From NCBI GenBank assembly GCA_963715815.1, contig OY970278.1, positions 2,460,569-2,524,568 of the forward strand: a stretch of 64,000 bases of DNA, written 5' to 3'. Under the pieces are notes generated by a model. The model did not search any database and was not told where the DNA came from. It saw only the letters and a program-made list of their open reading frames with translations. This DNA comes from Vulcanimicrobiota bacterium. Lineage in GTDB: Bacteria > Vulcanimicrobiota > Vulcanimicrobiia > Vulcanimicrobiales > Vulcanimicrobiaceae. Positions within the stretch are counted from its first letter, which is position 1; each line of letters opens with the position of its first letter. Below are positions 8,929-16,846 of the stretch, piece by piece. Both the position numbers and the translations under genes were made by a program.

Positions 8929-10163
8929 CCGCGCTCGGCTGCGACTTGCCGGTCCTGGACAAACTGCGCGTAAAGCGCGTTCGGCCACGCAAAATCCGCA
9001 CGGGTGAACTCGTGCGGCGCGTTGACGTCGAATGATTCGTGCAGCCGGTGATCGCCGATATCGGATGCTGCGAGGTATTCGAGGACGCGACTGATCTCCG
9101 ATTTGTCCGAGGTCGTGAGGGCTTGCACGACGAGCGCGAGCGGCCAAACGTAGTCTTTCGGGGTATGCGGGCTGCCGACGCCCTGCGCGTACTTTCCAAC
9201 GAAGTAATACGGATTGCGCGATGAGAGAACGAAGCTGCGCGTGCGCTGATACGCGGAATCCGTCACCGGTAGATAGCCGAAATAGGGGATCGCCAAGAGC
9301 GAAGGGATGTTCGCGTCGTCCATGACGTTAGCGTGACCGAGGCCGTCGACTTCGTAAGCGTAGATTTTTCCAAACGAGTCGAGATCGACGTAGCCGTACT
9401 GCTCGACACCACGCTGAATGTCGACGGCAAGCCCCCACGCATTGCGAGCTGAAGTCATGTCGCCGAGGACATCGCGCTCCAAGTCGCCGAGCATGTGCAT
9501 CACAACCGAGGCAAACATGTTGACGGGGATATTGTACTGGTAGCGCGCCGCGTCATCGGATGGCCGGAATCCCGTCCACACCATGCCGGTGTACCCGACC
9601 GGCGAACCGCGGCCGTTATTGGCCAACTGCGGATGGCGGTATTGCGAGCGCCGCGGGTGATGCTGCTCGTTGCGAAGCGTTTTGAGGATGAGATCGAACG
9701 CATGGACCAAATCGGCGGTAAAAATTGAGCTGTCGCCGGTCTGCTTGTAGTAGAGCGCCGCAAACCAAACCGGATATAGGAGCGAGTCGACTTCGAATTT
9801 TTCTTCGGCGACTTCATATTCGGCCGTAAAGGCGTTTGCGTAAGGGTCCTTGAGGATGCACTTGGCCTGGCGCGCCAACAAGCCGCGCAGGAGCGAAGCG
9901 ATCGACGCATCTTTACCGGCGAGATCGATATAGGGCAACGCCACGGCGGCCGAATCGCGCAGCCACATCGCCGGAATGTCGCCGCTCGACACGTACGTCG
10001 TTCCATCACTCTCGACGCGCGCGTGGCGATTGATCGTTTCGTCGAACGCAGTCAGATATAGAGGGTCCGTCGAAACAGCAGCATCGGCCCGTCTCGGCCA
10101 TAGCGAGCCGAGAGCGAGCGTACCGGCAATTCCAGCAAGTAGACGGCGGCGTGTGAAGCTCAA
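8925..10163 (-). CDS. Glycoside hydrolase family 125-like (DUF1237, metal-independent alpha-mannosidase), exported
   Basis: 412 aa with a Tat-like signal TRRRLLAGIAGTLALGSLW. The SGDIPAMWLRDSAA block and overall length match what I recall for GH125. Confidence 0.65.
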   Translation of the reverse strand: MSFTRRRLLAGIAGTLALGSLWPRRADAAVSTDPLYLTAFDETINRHARVESDGTTYVSSGDIPAMWLRDSAAVALPYIDLAGKDASIASLLRGLLARQAKCILKDPYANAFTAEYEVAEEKFEVDSLLYPVWFAALYYKQTGDSSIFTADLVHAFDLILKTLRNEQHHPRRSQYRHPQLANNGRGSPVGYTGMVWTGFRPSDDAARYQYNIPVNMFASVVMHMLGDLERDVLGDMTSARNAWGLAVDIQRGVEQYGYVDLDSFGKIYAYEVDGLGHANVMDDANIPSLLAIPYFGYLPVTDSAYQRTRSFVLSSRNPYYFVGKYAQGVGSPHTPKDYVWPLALVVQALTTSDKSEISRVLEYLAASDIGDHRLHESFDVNAPHEFTRADFAWPNALYAQFVQDRQVAAERG

Positions 10164-10265
10164 GAACGATTACGTCTTGCGGAAATAGCTGCGCACTCTC
10201 CCTCTTGCACTCTTGACGTTTTATCCGTCTTCACCGACTTTTAACGGGAGGGAGATTTTAGAGTC

Positions 10266-10979
10266 GTGTTCGTCGCTCGGTCATCGATGGCCATTCTCGC
10301 GTTGCTTCTCACCGCCGGGTCGACGGAAAGTCATCAGATCTATCAGGTTAGCGGTAAGGATAGCTACCAGATCGGCTCGCGCGAGCTGCGAGCCGACACG
10401 ACGTATCAGGGAAAAGAAAGCTTAACGATCCGTCAGCGTGACGGCGTTACACGCTATAGCGCACGCGCAACCTACATTAAAACAGATCAAGGCCAAGGTC
10501 GGTCGAACGTCGCGACCTTCGAGTCGGCTCTCCTCGCCGGCGGCCAAGAACGCGACACTGCAAGCGACGATCCGGATTTCCTCACGGTCCTCAATCAACC
10601 GTTCGCCGTTCAGCTTGATGCGCAAACGCTACGCGACGTGCGCAAGCTGCGCGAGCCCTCGCCCTTCATCTTCACCTCGGCGATGACGGGCGCGACCCTG
10701 CGCGGCACCCTCTTTCACGTGAGGGACGGCTTGATCGCCGGTCACCCCGTCATCGGAATCGGTTTCGATGCCAGTGGTCCGATGCGGGGCGGGCTTCCCG
10801 AACATCCGGAGATCTCGCTGCGCGGGACGATCCGCATGTCGGGACGCGCGTACTACACACAGGCGTCCGCCCTCTTGCTCGCACTCGATGCGAAATTGCA
10901 AATAGCCGGGACGCTCGCGGACAAGCGCACTTCGGATCCGGTGAAGATTCTCTACCGGCGCGTCATCCGCGCCGAATAG
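10266..10979 (+). CDS. Secreted hypothetical protein
   Basis: 237 aa. Signal peptide MAILALLLTAGSTES. SD-like gggaggga upstream. No known motif. Confidence 0.55.
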   Translation: MFVARSSMAILALLLTAGSTESHQIYQVSGKDSYQIGSRELRADTTYQGKESLTIRQRDGVTRYSARATYIKTDQGQGRSNVATFESALLAGGQERDTASDDPDFLTVLNQPFAVQLDAQTLRDVRKLREPSPFIFTSAMTGATLRGTLFHVRDGLIAGHPVIGIGFDASGPMRGGLPEHPEISLRGTIRMSGRAYYTQASALLLALDAKLQIAGTLADKRTSDPVKILYRRVIRAE

Positions 10980-10981
10980 CC

Positions 10982-11398
10982 TTAGGTCAGGGCCAGCTCC
11001 GAGGCGATATCTACTTCGAGCGGGTGCGCCAAAACGCGATCTCCCAACTCGATGAAGTTGCTAAACGACAGATGCTCTTGGTGGCAATCAATTAGCATCT
11101 GGATGCCGCGTTTCACGCTGCCCGTCTTATCGACGTACTTCGTCACCTTGCGCCGGAAATAGCTATGTGGATCGCGCAAGAGCTGGGCATAATATGGGTC
11201 ACTCGTAAGCCCCTCCGGATCGATGCCGGCTCTTGGAACGAGCCAAACAAACGACGGTTCACATCCGTCGTTGTATCCGATGATTACGAGCGGAATTGCG
11301 TGCGCGGTGCGTTGCGTCCCATCCGGGAGTCGTGGAACGAAGCTGCACAACGTGTACCCATCGAATGCAAGCTCGTTAGGTTCCATCTGTAGTGACAT
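10982..11398 (-). CDS. Hypothetical protein (orphan, lower GC)
   Basis: 138-aa ORF with no signal peptide or TM segment. GC is about 53% over four 60-nt lines I counted, against about 63% in a typical line elsewhere. Confidence 0.5.
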   Translation of the reverse strand: MSLQMEPNELAFDGYTLCSFVPRLPDGTQRTAHAIPLVIIGYNDGCEPSFVWLVPRAGIDPEGLTSDPYYAQLLRDPHSYFRRKVTKYVDKTGSVKRGIQMLIDCHQEHLSFSNFIELGDRVLAHPLEVDIASELALT

Positions 11399-11518
11399 GA
11401 AAGAACCCCGTTAGTTCAAACAAAAAAACCCCGCTCGGCATGTGCCGGAGCGAGGCGAGGTAGGCGCGAGGCGAACCATGATCGAGGGCTTCGGTGGTCC
11501 GCTGAAGGAGCACCTTCC

Positions 11519-12241
11519 GTGCCGACCAAAACGCGAAACCTTCACAAGAGTCCGGGCGGTCAGGGGGCGCGTATGGCTGCTCTCGCCCCGCTCCGACGGG
11601 AGTACGGTTTGGCCCAACCCGCCGCGGCGTCGGCACCCACTCGGTCGGAGGCGACTCCGGGACCGGAGAATTTCGAACGAATCGTCGACGAGTACCAGCG
11701 GCGACTCTACGGCTTCGCGTTGCGCATGACGGGCAATCGCGAAGACGCCGAAGAGATCGTCCAGGATGCGTTCGTGCGAGCTTACCGAGCCCTCGTCAAG
11801 ATGGACCCCAAGCAACGGGCCGAGCTTCGTTTGCAGCCGTGGCTCTATACGATCACGTTGAACGTCACGCGCAATCGTTTGCGCAGCAAGCGGCCGACGA
11901 ACGTGGCGTTGGATGCGCTCGCAGATCCGGATGCGTTGCTCAATGAAACGCAAGAGGGACCGGATCAACCCGAAGCGATCGTCGAACGCGGCGCCGACAT
12001 GGTCCTCGTCGAGCAAGCGCTATTGCAATTGCCGATGCACTTGCGTGCCGCGGCGACGTTAAGATTCATCGAAGGGCGCAGCCATCCAGAGATCGCGGAG
12101 ATTCTCGATCAACCGATAGGGACTGTTAAATCCCACGTCCACCGGGCCGTCCGTATCCTCCGACGGATCCTCGGTCCACAAGTCGGACGCGTTGTTCCCT
12201 CGAGTGCGGAGGAAGGAGAACCGAATCATGCGGTGCTGTGA
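11519..12241 (+). CDS. ECF-type RNA polymerase sigma-70 family factor
   Basis: Region 2 (FERIVDEYQRRLYGFALRMTGNREDAEEIVQDAFVRAY...PWLYTITLNVTRN) and region 4 (LPMHLRAAATLRFIEGRSHPEIAEILDQPIGTVKSHVHRA). GTG 11519 has gaaggag 8 nt upstream. ATG 11574 is an alternative start. Confidence 0.85.
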   Translation: MPTKTRNLHKSPGGQGARMAALAPLRREYGLAQPAAASAPTRSEATPGPENFERIVDEYQRRLYGFALRMTGNREDAEEIVQDAFVRAYRALVKMDPKQRAELRLQPWLYTITLNVTRNRLRSKRPTNVALDALADPDALLNETQEGPDQPEAIVERGADMVLVEQALLQLPMHLRAAATLRFIEGRSHPEIAEILDQPIGTVKSHVHRAVRILRRILGPQVGRVVPSSAEEGEPNHAVL

Positions 12242-12989
12242 TCTCGTTCGAATGTGGGACGAACTGCGAGAAGGCGGCTCGGCTCCATCCCGCGATGAGG
12301 TTCTGTCGCACTTGCGCAAGTGCTCGGACTGCCAAGAAGCATATCAAGAGTACGAAGGCGTCGCGTACTGTTTGAATTGCTTGCCGGTCGTCGAACCGCC
12401 CTCAGGTCTCGTACCGAAGATTTTGGATCATCTCAAGTCGATGCGACCAGCGACGCCGGACATGTTCGCGCGCATGACGAGCCCGCTGGGAGATTTACTC
12501 GTCGCGTTTCGTGAAAGCGGCATCACTGCGGTCGTCATCTGCGCCGACGGCGTCGAGAGTACGCTGTGCGAAGCGATCGCCAAACGTTTGCATCGCGGTC
12601 TGGTCCCGGCGCAAGCACCGGAGTGGGTGCGCGACACAATCGATCGGTATTTCCGTACGTTCAAGACGGACGGGTCGCGCGTCGACATCTCGGCACTCAC
12701 TGAGTTCGAACAGGCGGCGCTCAAAAAGACCGCCGAGATCCCGCCGGGCGAGGTCCGTTCCTACGGTTGGATTGCGCACGAAATCGGGCAACCATCCGGC
12801 GCACGGGCCGTCGGTCGAACCATGGCGCGCAATCCGGTCCCGCTGTTGTATCCGTGTCATCGCGTCGTCGATTCCAACGGCGCGCTTCACAACTACGCGT
12901 ACGGCCTGGAGCTAAAAGCTCGCCTCCTTGAAATGGAAGGCTACGTGCCGCCAAACGCGTCACGTTCGGCTGCAGCGGGCAGGGCGTAA
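12228..12989 (+). CDS. Soluble ZAS-type (zf-HC2) anti-sigma domain fused to a methylated-DNA-protein-cysteine methyltransferase (Ogt/MGMT) domain
   Basis: ATG 12228 overlaps the end of the sigma gene by 14 nt. The N-terminus MRCCDLV...SHLRKCSDC carries H-x3-C-x2-C. The C-terminal part has the MGMT N-lobe (SPLGDLLVAFRESGITAVVI) and the DNA-binding lobe with active site PCHRV. No TM segment. Confidence 0.8.
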   Translation: MRCCDLVRMWDELREGGSAPSRDEVLSHLRKCSDCQEAYQEYEGVAYCLNCLPVVEPPSGLVPKILDHLKSMRPATPDMFARMTSPLGDLLVAFRESGITAVVICADGVESTLCEAIAKRLHRGLVPAQAPEWVRDTIDRYFRTFKTDGSRVDISALTEFEQAALKKTAEIPPGEVRSYGWIAHEIGQPSGARAVGRTMARNPVPLLYPCHRVVDSNGALHNYAYGLELKARLLEMEGYVPPNASRSAAAGRA

Positions 12990-13071
12990 CCTCGGCGCCT
13001 CGAAGGTCGCCGATAGAAAACGTCCGCGGTTCCTTCAGATAGAGAACAACGAAGGTGAACAGTCGGACAGA

Positions 13072-13200
13072 GGAGGTGATCATCGTTACAAGCGACAGCA
13101 ATAAACGTAGTTACACGATGATTGGAGGTGCTGCGACCTAGTCGCAGCCACTTAAAACTCAGTTCGACTCGAGCCGGCGCGGACGTCGGCTCTTTTTTTT
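13072..13200 (+). ncRNA. Candidate structured RNA (3'UTR element or sRNA) ending in an intrinsic terminator
   Basis: Two direct GGAGGTG copies (13072-78, 13124-30), each followed by a hairpin: 13079-86/13115-22 atcatcgt/acgatgat, and 13130-37/13141-48 gctgcgac/gtcgcagc. The terminator at 13171-13200 follows. I see no convincing ORF. Confidence 0.25.
13171..13200 (+). terminator. Rho-independent terminator
   Basis: 9-bp stem gagccggcg / cgtcggctc (one G.U pair), loop cgga, followed by T8 (13193-13200). Confidence 0.7.
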
Positions 13201-13282
13201 GCCCTTCCGGGGCCGGTCGGCCGCCTGGTACTAACTCTCAAGAAGGCGAACAGGCAGGCACGGCTAACGAATTGACCCGAGC

Positions 13283-14641
13283 TTGAACGATATTCAGAGC
13301 CGGGACGCACGAATCGCGGCGATCCCGGACACGCATGGTCACGCCAAGGGTGAGCATAAGGCGTTCGCGGAGGAACGGCCCATCCCGTACTCAGCGCGGA
13401 TGCTCTTCCTTTGGTTCTACCATGCCTGCCGGCGTGGGTTCCCGCGATTCATGATGGTCACCGACCACATGAATTACCTCACCTTCGAAGACCCCGCTGC
13501 CGTCAATCTGGTCCGTCGCGCACTCAAGCTTGCCCAAGCCGGCGACCTGTATGGCGCCGCCGAGAGCGCCAGCGTCGACGTCGCACACGCGGCCGTCGTT
13601 TCCGAAGGCTTGCGCCATGGCATGCACTTCTCGATCGGCGCCGAGCTCGACAACGATCCGCGCTGCCGGCCGGACGCACAAAACATCGTCGACGCCATGC
13701 GCCCCGATGCCATGATCCGTTCCGTGCACTTTCTCACGATCGAGCATCCGACCGCGGGCCCGAACTACAACTGGAACTTCGACAACCCGGAGTTCATCGC
13801 GCTCTACGATCACATCGGCACCGAACGCACGTGGCAACTTTATATGGAAGCGCTGCTCAAAGCTATCGACGAGCAGCCCGGACAGATCGTCGGACACTTC
13901 TTCGTCCCGGCGATTTTCGGACATTGGCCCGACCGTGCAACGCTCGAGAAGTATGAAGATCAGGTCGTCGCCGCGGCCAAGGCTAAAGGCATGGCGATTG
14001 AGTTCAACACGCGTTTCCTCTATCGGGATCACGCGCCCGAAGAGAAACAGCGCTATCTCGATGCCAACAAGCGGCTTCTCAAGAAGTGCCGCGACTCCGG
14101 GGTCATGATATCGGTCGGATCGGATGCGCATAGCCCGAAGGACCAGGGCGGAGCTTTCGACGTCGTCCTCGATTTGCTCGACGGACTCGACATCAACGAG
14201 ATCGCGTTCCCGATCGGCGGACGCATGGCGCGCGTCGCGCTACGCGTGGTTCAGCCCGAGCCTCCACCCGTGCCGGTCGCTGAAAAGCGCGCTCGCAGCA
14301 GCGCGACCAGAAAGACTGCGACGCCGGCGCGGCAACCCGAGCGCAAAGCCGCAAAGCCGGCGCCAAAACCAGCCGCGAAGCCGGCGCCGAAACCCGCCGC
14401 CAAGCCTGCGGCGAAAGCTAAGAAAGCTGCGCCGCCGCCCAAGAAAGTCGCGCCGAAAAAGGCAGCGGCAAAACGGCCGGCTCCGGCGAAAAAGCAGAGC
14501 CCGCCCAAACGCGCCAAGGCGACTGCCGTTAAGGCGCCCGCAAAGAAGGCGGCCGCGAAAAAGAGTGTTGCAAAGAAAGCGGCTCCCAAGCGTTCGATGC
14601 CCACGAAGAAATCATCGAAGAAGGCCGGCAAGCGCCGCTAG
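13283..14641 (+). CDS. PHP-family (HisJ-like) phosphoesterase with a C-terminal Ala/Lys/Pro-rich histone-H1-like tail
   Basis: PHP motif series DTHGH, VTDH, GAELD, RSVHF, VGHF, IEFNT, GSDAHS. From about residue 325 the sequence is ...KAAKPAPKPAAKPAPKPAAKPAAKAKKAAPPPKKVAPKKAAAKRPAPAKK.... The start is TTG. Confidence 0.8.
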   Translation: MNDIQSRDARIAAIPDTHGHAKGEHKAFAEERPIPYSARMLFLWFYHACRRGFPRFMMVTDHMNYLTFEDPAAVNLVRRALKLAQAGDLYGAAESASVDVAHAAVVSEGLRHGMHFSIGAELDNDPRCRPDAQNIVDAMRPDAMIRSVHFLTIEHPTAGPNYNWNFDNPEFIALYDHIGTERTWQLYMEALLKAIDEQPGQIVGHFFVPAIFGHWPDRATLEKYEDQVVAAAKAKGMAIEFNTRFLYRDHAPEEKQRYLDANKRLLKKCRDSGVMISVGSDAHSPKDQGGAFDVVLDLLDGLDINEIAFPIGGRMARVALRVVQPEPPPVPVAEKRARSSATRKTATPARQPERKAAKPAPKPAAKPAPKPAAKPAAKAKKAAPPPKKVAPKKAAAKRPAPAKKQSPPKRAKATAVKAPAKKAAAKKSVAKKAAPKRSMPTKKSSKKAGKRR

Positions 14642-16281
14642 TGCGGATCCGCGCGCTCCTTGTCGCTCTTTTTTTATTGTCCGGCTGCACCCGAGCGACC
14701 GAACAGAGCGTCACGGTAGGATCGACGACCGTCGAACGCCACTCGTGGTCGATCCCCGGCGTAATGCGCGTCGCCGTACAAAGCCCTCCGACGAATCTGC
14801 AGCCCATTTTGAGCGGCAACACTACGGACGTCATGATCGACCGGCTCGTCTACGATCCCTTAGTGAGCGTCAGCGCAGACGGCAAGACACCGGTTCCGAT
14901 TCTCGCCGCGCAGGTACCAACGCTCGCAAACGGCGGCATCAGCAAAGACGGTCTTACGATCACCTACAAGTTGCGTCACAACGTCAAGTGGCACGACGGC
15001 GTGCCGTTCACAAGCGCAGATGTCAAGTTTACATGGCAAGCGATCATGAATCCGGCGAACAACGTCGGGACGCGCAGCGGCTATACGCTCATCCGTTCCA
15101 TCGACACGCCGGATGATTACACGGCGGTCTTTCACCTCATGCAGAAGTTCTCGCCGGCGGTCAATACGTTTTTCGCTGAAAGCGACTCACCGATCTTCAT
15201 CATCCCCAAACATCTTTTTGGAGCGTTACCGAACCTCAATAACGCCCCACAGAACGTGAATCCGGTCGGGACGGGGCCTTTCAAGTTTAAGCAATACGTT
15301 CGGGGCGACCGTTTGGAGTTCACGGATAACGACGACTACTTCATGGGAAAGCCGAAGCTCAAAGAAGTCGTCGTCAAGATCATTCCGGACGAGAACACGT
15401 CCGTCAATTTGCTGCGCGCGCACGAGATCGATTGGATCTTCGAAGCTTCACCACAAATCTACGGCCAGCTCAAGACCATCCCCAACATCAAGAACCTACT
15501 CGTCGAGCAGAACCAGTGGCTTGGTCTCTTGATGAATGAGCATAGTCCCCTTCTCACCGACGTGAACGTTCGGCACGCAATCGCATACGCGATCGACAAA
15601 CGCGCCCTCGTCAACAAGGTAACGGCTGGCACGGCGCTGGTGGCCGATGACGAGCATCCGCCGTTCATGTGGGCGTACGCAGGCGGCAAGACCTATCCAT
15701 ACGATCCCGCAAAAGCCAAAGCGATTCTCGCTTCGGACGGCTGGACTCCGGGCCCCGACGGGATCCTGCGCAAAGGGAGCAAGCGTTTGAGCCTCGTCCT
15801 TTCGACCAATACGTCCAACGTGACGCGAAGAACCGCCGTCGTACAAATCCAGTCGTACTTGAAAGCGATCGGCGTCGACGCGTCGGTCAAGAGCTATCTC
15901 GGCGTTCAGCTGTTCGCGCCGCTCGGTCTCGGTGGAATTTTGTCTACAGGAAAATACGATCTCAACGTTTCCGGCTGGATTGCGGGAATCGACCCCGACG
16001 ACTCCACGCTTTTCATGTGCCGTTCGTTTCCGCCCAACGGTACCAACAACACGCGAACCTGCTACCCGCAGCTCGATGCGGCCGAAACAATTGCGCTCAC
16101 GCATTATGATATTCCGACGCGCAAGAAAGCCTACGCGCAAATCCAGCAGATCCTCTTCGAGAAGATGCCGCTCGATTTTCTTTGGTGGCCGCGGCAGCTG
16201 CAGCCGGTCAGCACCGACTTTCAAGGCTTCGATCCCAACCCCGTCAACGAGGCGTGGAACTGTTGGGAGTGGTCGATCTAG
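14641..16281 (+). CDS. ABC transporter substrate-binding lipoprotein, family 5 (peptide/nickel, Opp/Dpp type)
   Basis: 546 aa with lipobox LFLLSGC. Family-5 SBP blocks are present (KWHDGVPFTSADVKFTWQ, VGTGPFKFKQYVRGDRLEF). Confidence 0.9.
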   Translation: MRIRALLVALFLLSGCTRATEQSVTVGSTTVERHSWSIPGVMRVAVQSPPTNLQPILSGNTTDVMIDRLVYDPLVSVSADGKTPVPILAAQVPTLANGGISKDGLTITYKLRHNVKWHDGVPFTSADVKFTWQAIMNPANNVGTRSGYTLIRSIDTPDDYTAVFHLMQKFSPAVNTFFAESDSPIFIIPKHLFGALPNLNNAPQNVNPVGTGPFKFKQYVRGDRLEFTDNDDYFMGKPKLKEVVVKIIPDENTSVNLLRAHEIDWIFEASPQIYGQLKTIPNIKNLLVEQNQWLGLLMNEHSPLLTDVNVRHAIAYAIDKRALVNKVTAGTALVADDEHPPFMWAYAGGKTYPYDPAKAKAILASDGWTPGPDGILRKGSKRLSLVLSTNTSNVTRRTAVVQIQSYLKAIGVDASVKSYLGVQLFAPLGLGGILSTGKYDLNVSGWIAGIDPDDSTLFMCRSFPPNGTNNTRTCYPQLDAAETIALTHYDIPTRKKAYAQIQQILFEKMPLDFLWWPRQLQPVSTDFQGFDPNPVNEAWNCWEWSI

Positions 16282-16845
16282 ATGCGCGACGATCGTCCGC
16301 CGGGGAATTTCGACTCCTCACTTCATCGTCTCCCCGAGCTTAAATGGCTCAAGCAGATCATCGTCGAGCGCGCTCTGACGCGCGGTGACTACGTCTTGGC
16401 CGGCGGCGCGCGCAGCGATTACTACATCGACAAGTTCCGGCTCTTCAGCGACCCGCACGTGCTCCGCCGAATCGCGCGGATGTTCGTCCCGATTCTGTCC
16501 GAGGTCAATCCCGATCTCGTCGCGGGAACCGAGCTTGGCGGCGTGATCATCGCTACGGCGGTCTCGCAGATGTCGAATATTCCGATGATCGTCGTGCGCA
16601 AGACGCCGAAATCATACGGTGCCTTCGCCGACGAGTACGTCGAAGGCGGATTTGAGAGCGGCCAGCGCGTGCTGCTCCTCGAGGACGTCGTGACCTCGGG
16701 ACGCGAGGTGCTCGACGCAAAGCGCCGCTTGGTCGAGCTTGGCTTAGACGTAACGGTTTACGCGGTTATTGCGCGCGAGCTCGCGCCCGTCAACGCGCTC
16801 TTACAGTTTTCGCTTCCGCAAGGCCGGGCCAAAACCGAGAACTAG
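16282..16845 (+). CDS. pyrE: Orotate phosphoribosyltransferase
   Basis: 187 aa. Contains GDYVLAGGARSDYYIDKF and the PRPP loop VLLLEDVVTSGREV. Confidence 0.9.
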   Translation: MRDDRPPGNFDSSLHRLPELKWLKQIIVERALTRGDYVLAGGARSDYYIDKFRLFSDPHVLRRIARMFVPILSEVNPDLVAGTELGGVIIATAVSQMSNIPMIVVRKTPKSYGAFADEYVEGGFESGQRVLLLEDVVTSGREVLDAKRRLVELGLDVTVYAVIARELAPVNALLQFSLPQGRAKTEN

Positions 16846-16846
16846 G

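Noticed and set aside
7804-9147. 447-aa minus-strand ORF
   Set aside because: It is extremely Arg-rich with no motif, and it lies antisense to two plausible plus-strand genes (7883-8928). This is the typical shadow ORF of high-GC DNA.
11399-11518. ECF-type autoregulatory promoter upstream of the sigma gene (GAACC ... GTCC at about 11470-11500)
   Set aside because: The spacing between the AAC and GTC elements is about 20 nt by my count, longer than the usual 16-18, and the -10 is only weakly matched. This is not enough to call.
12990-13282. Possible tmRNA, SRP RNA, ZTP or cobalamin riboswitch in the large spacer
   Set aside because: There is no tRNA-like acceptor or T-arm, and no tag ORF ending in the usual Ala-Ala. 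Only fragmentary resemblance exists (CCGCCTGG, GCCACTT) to the ZTP pseudoknot and the B12 box, and the downstream PHP gene is not a typical target. It is kept only as an unclassified RNA candidate.
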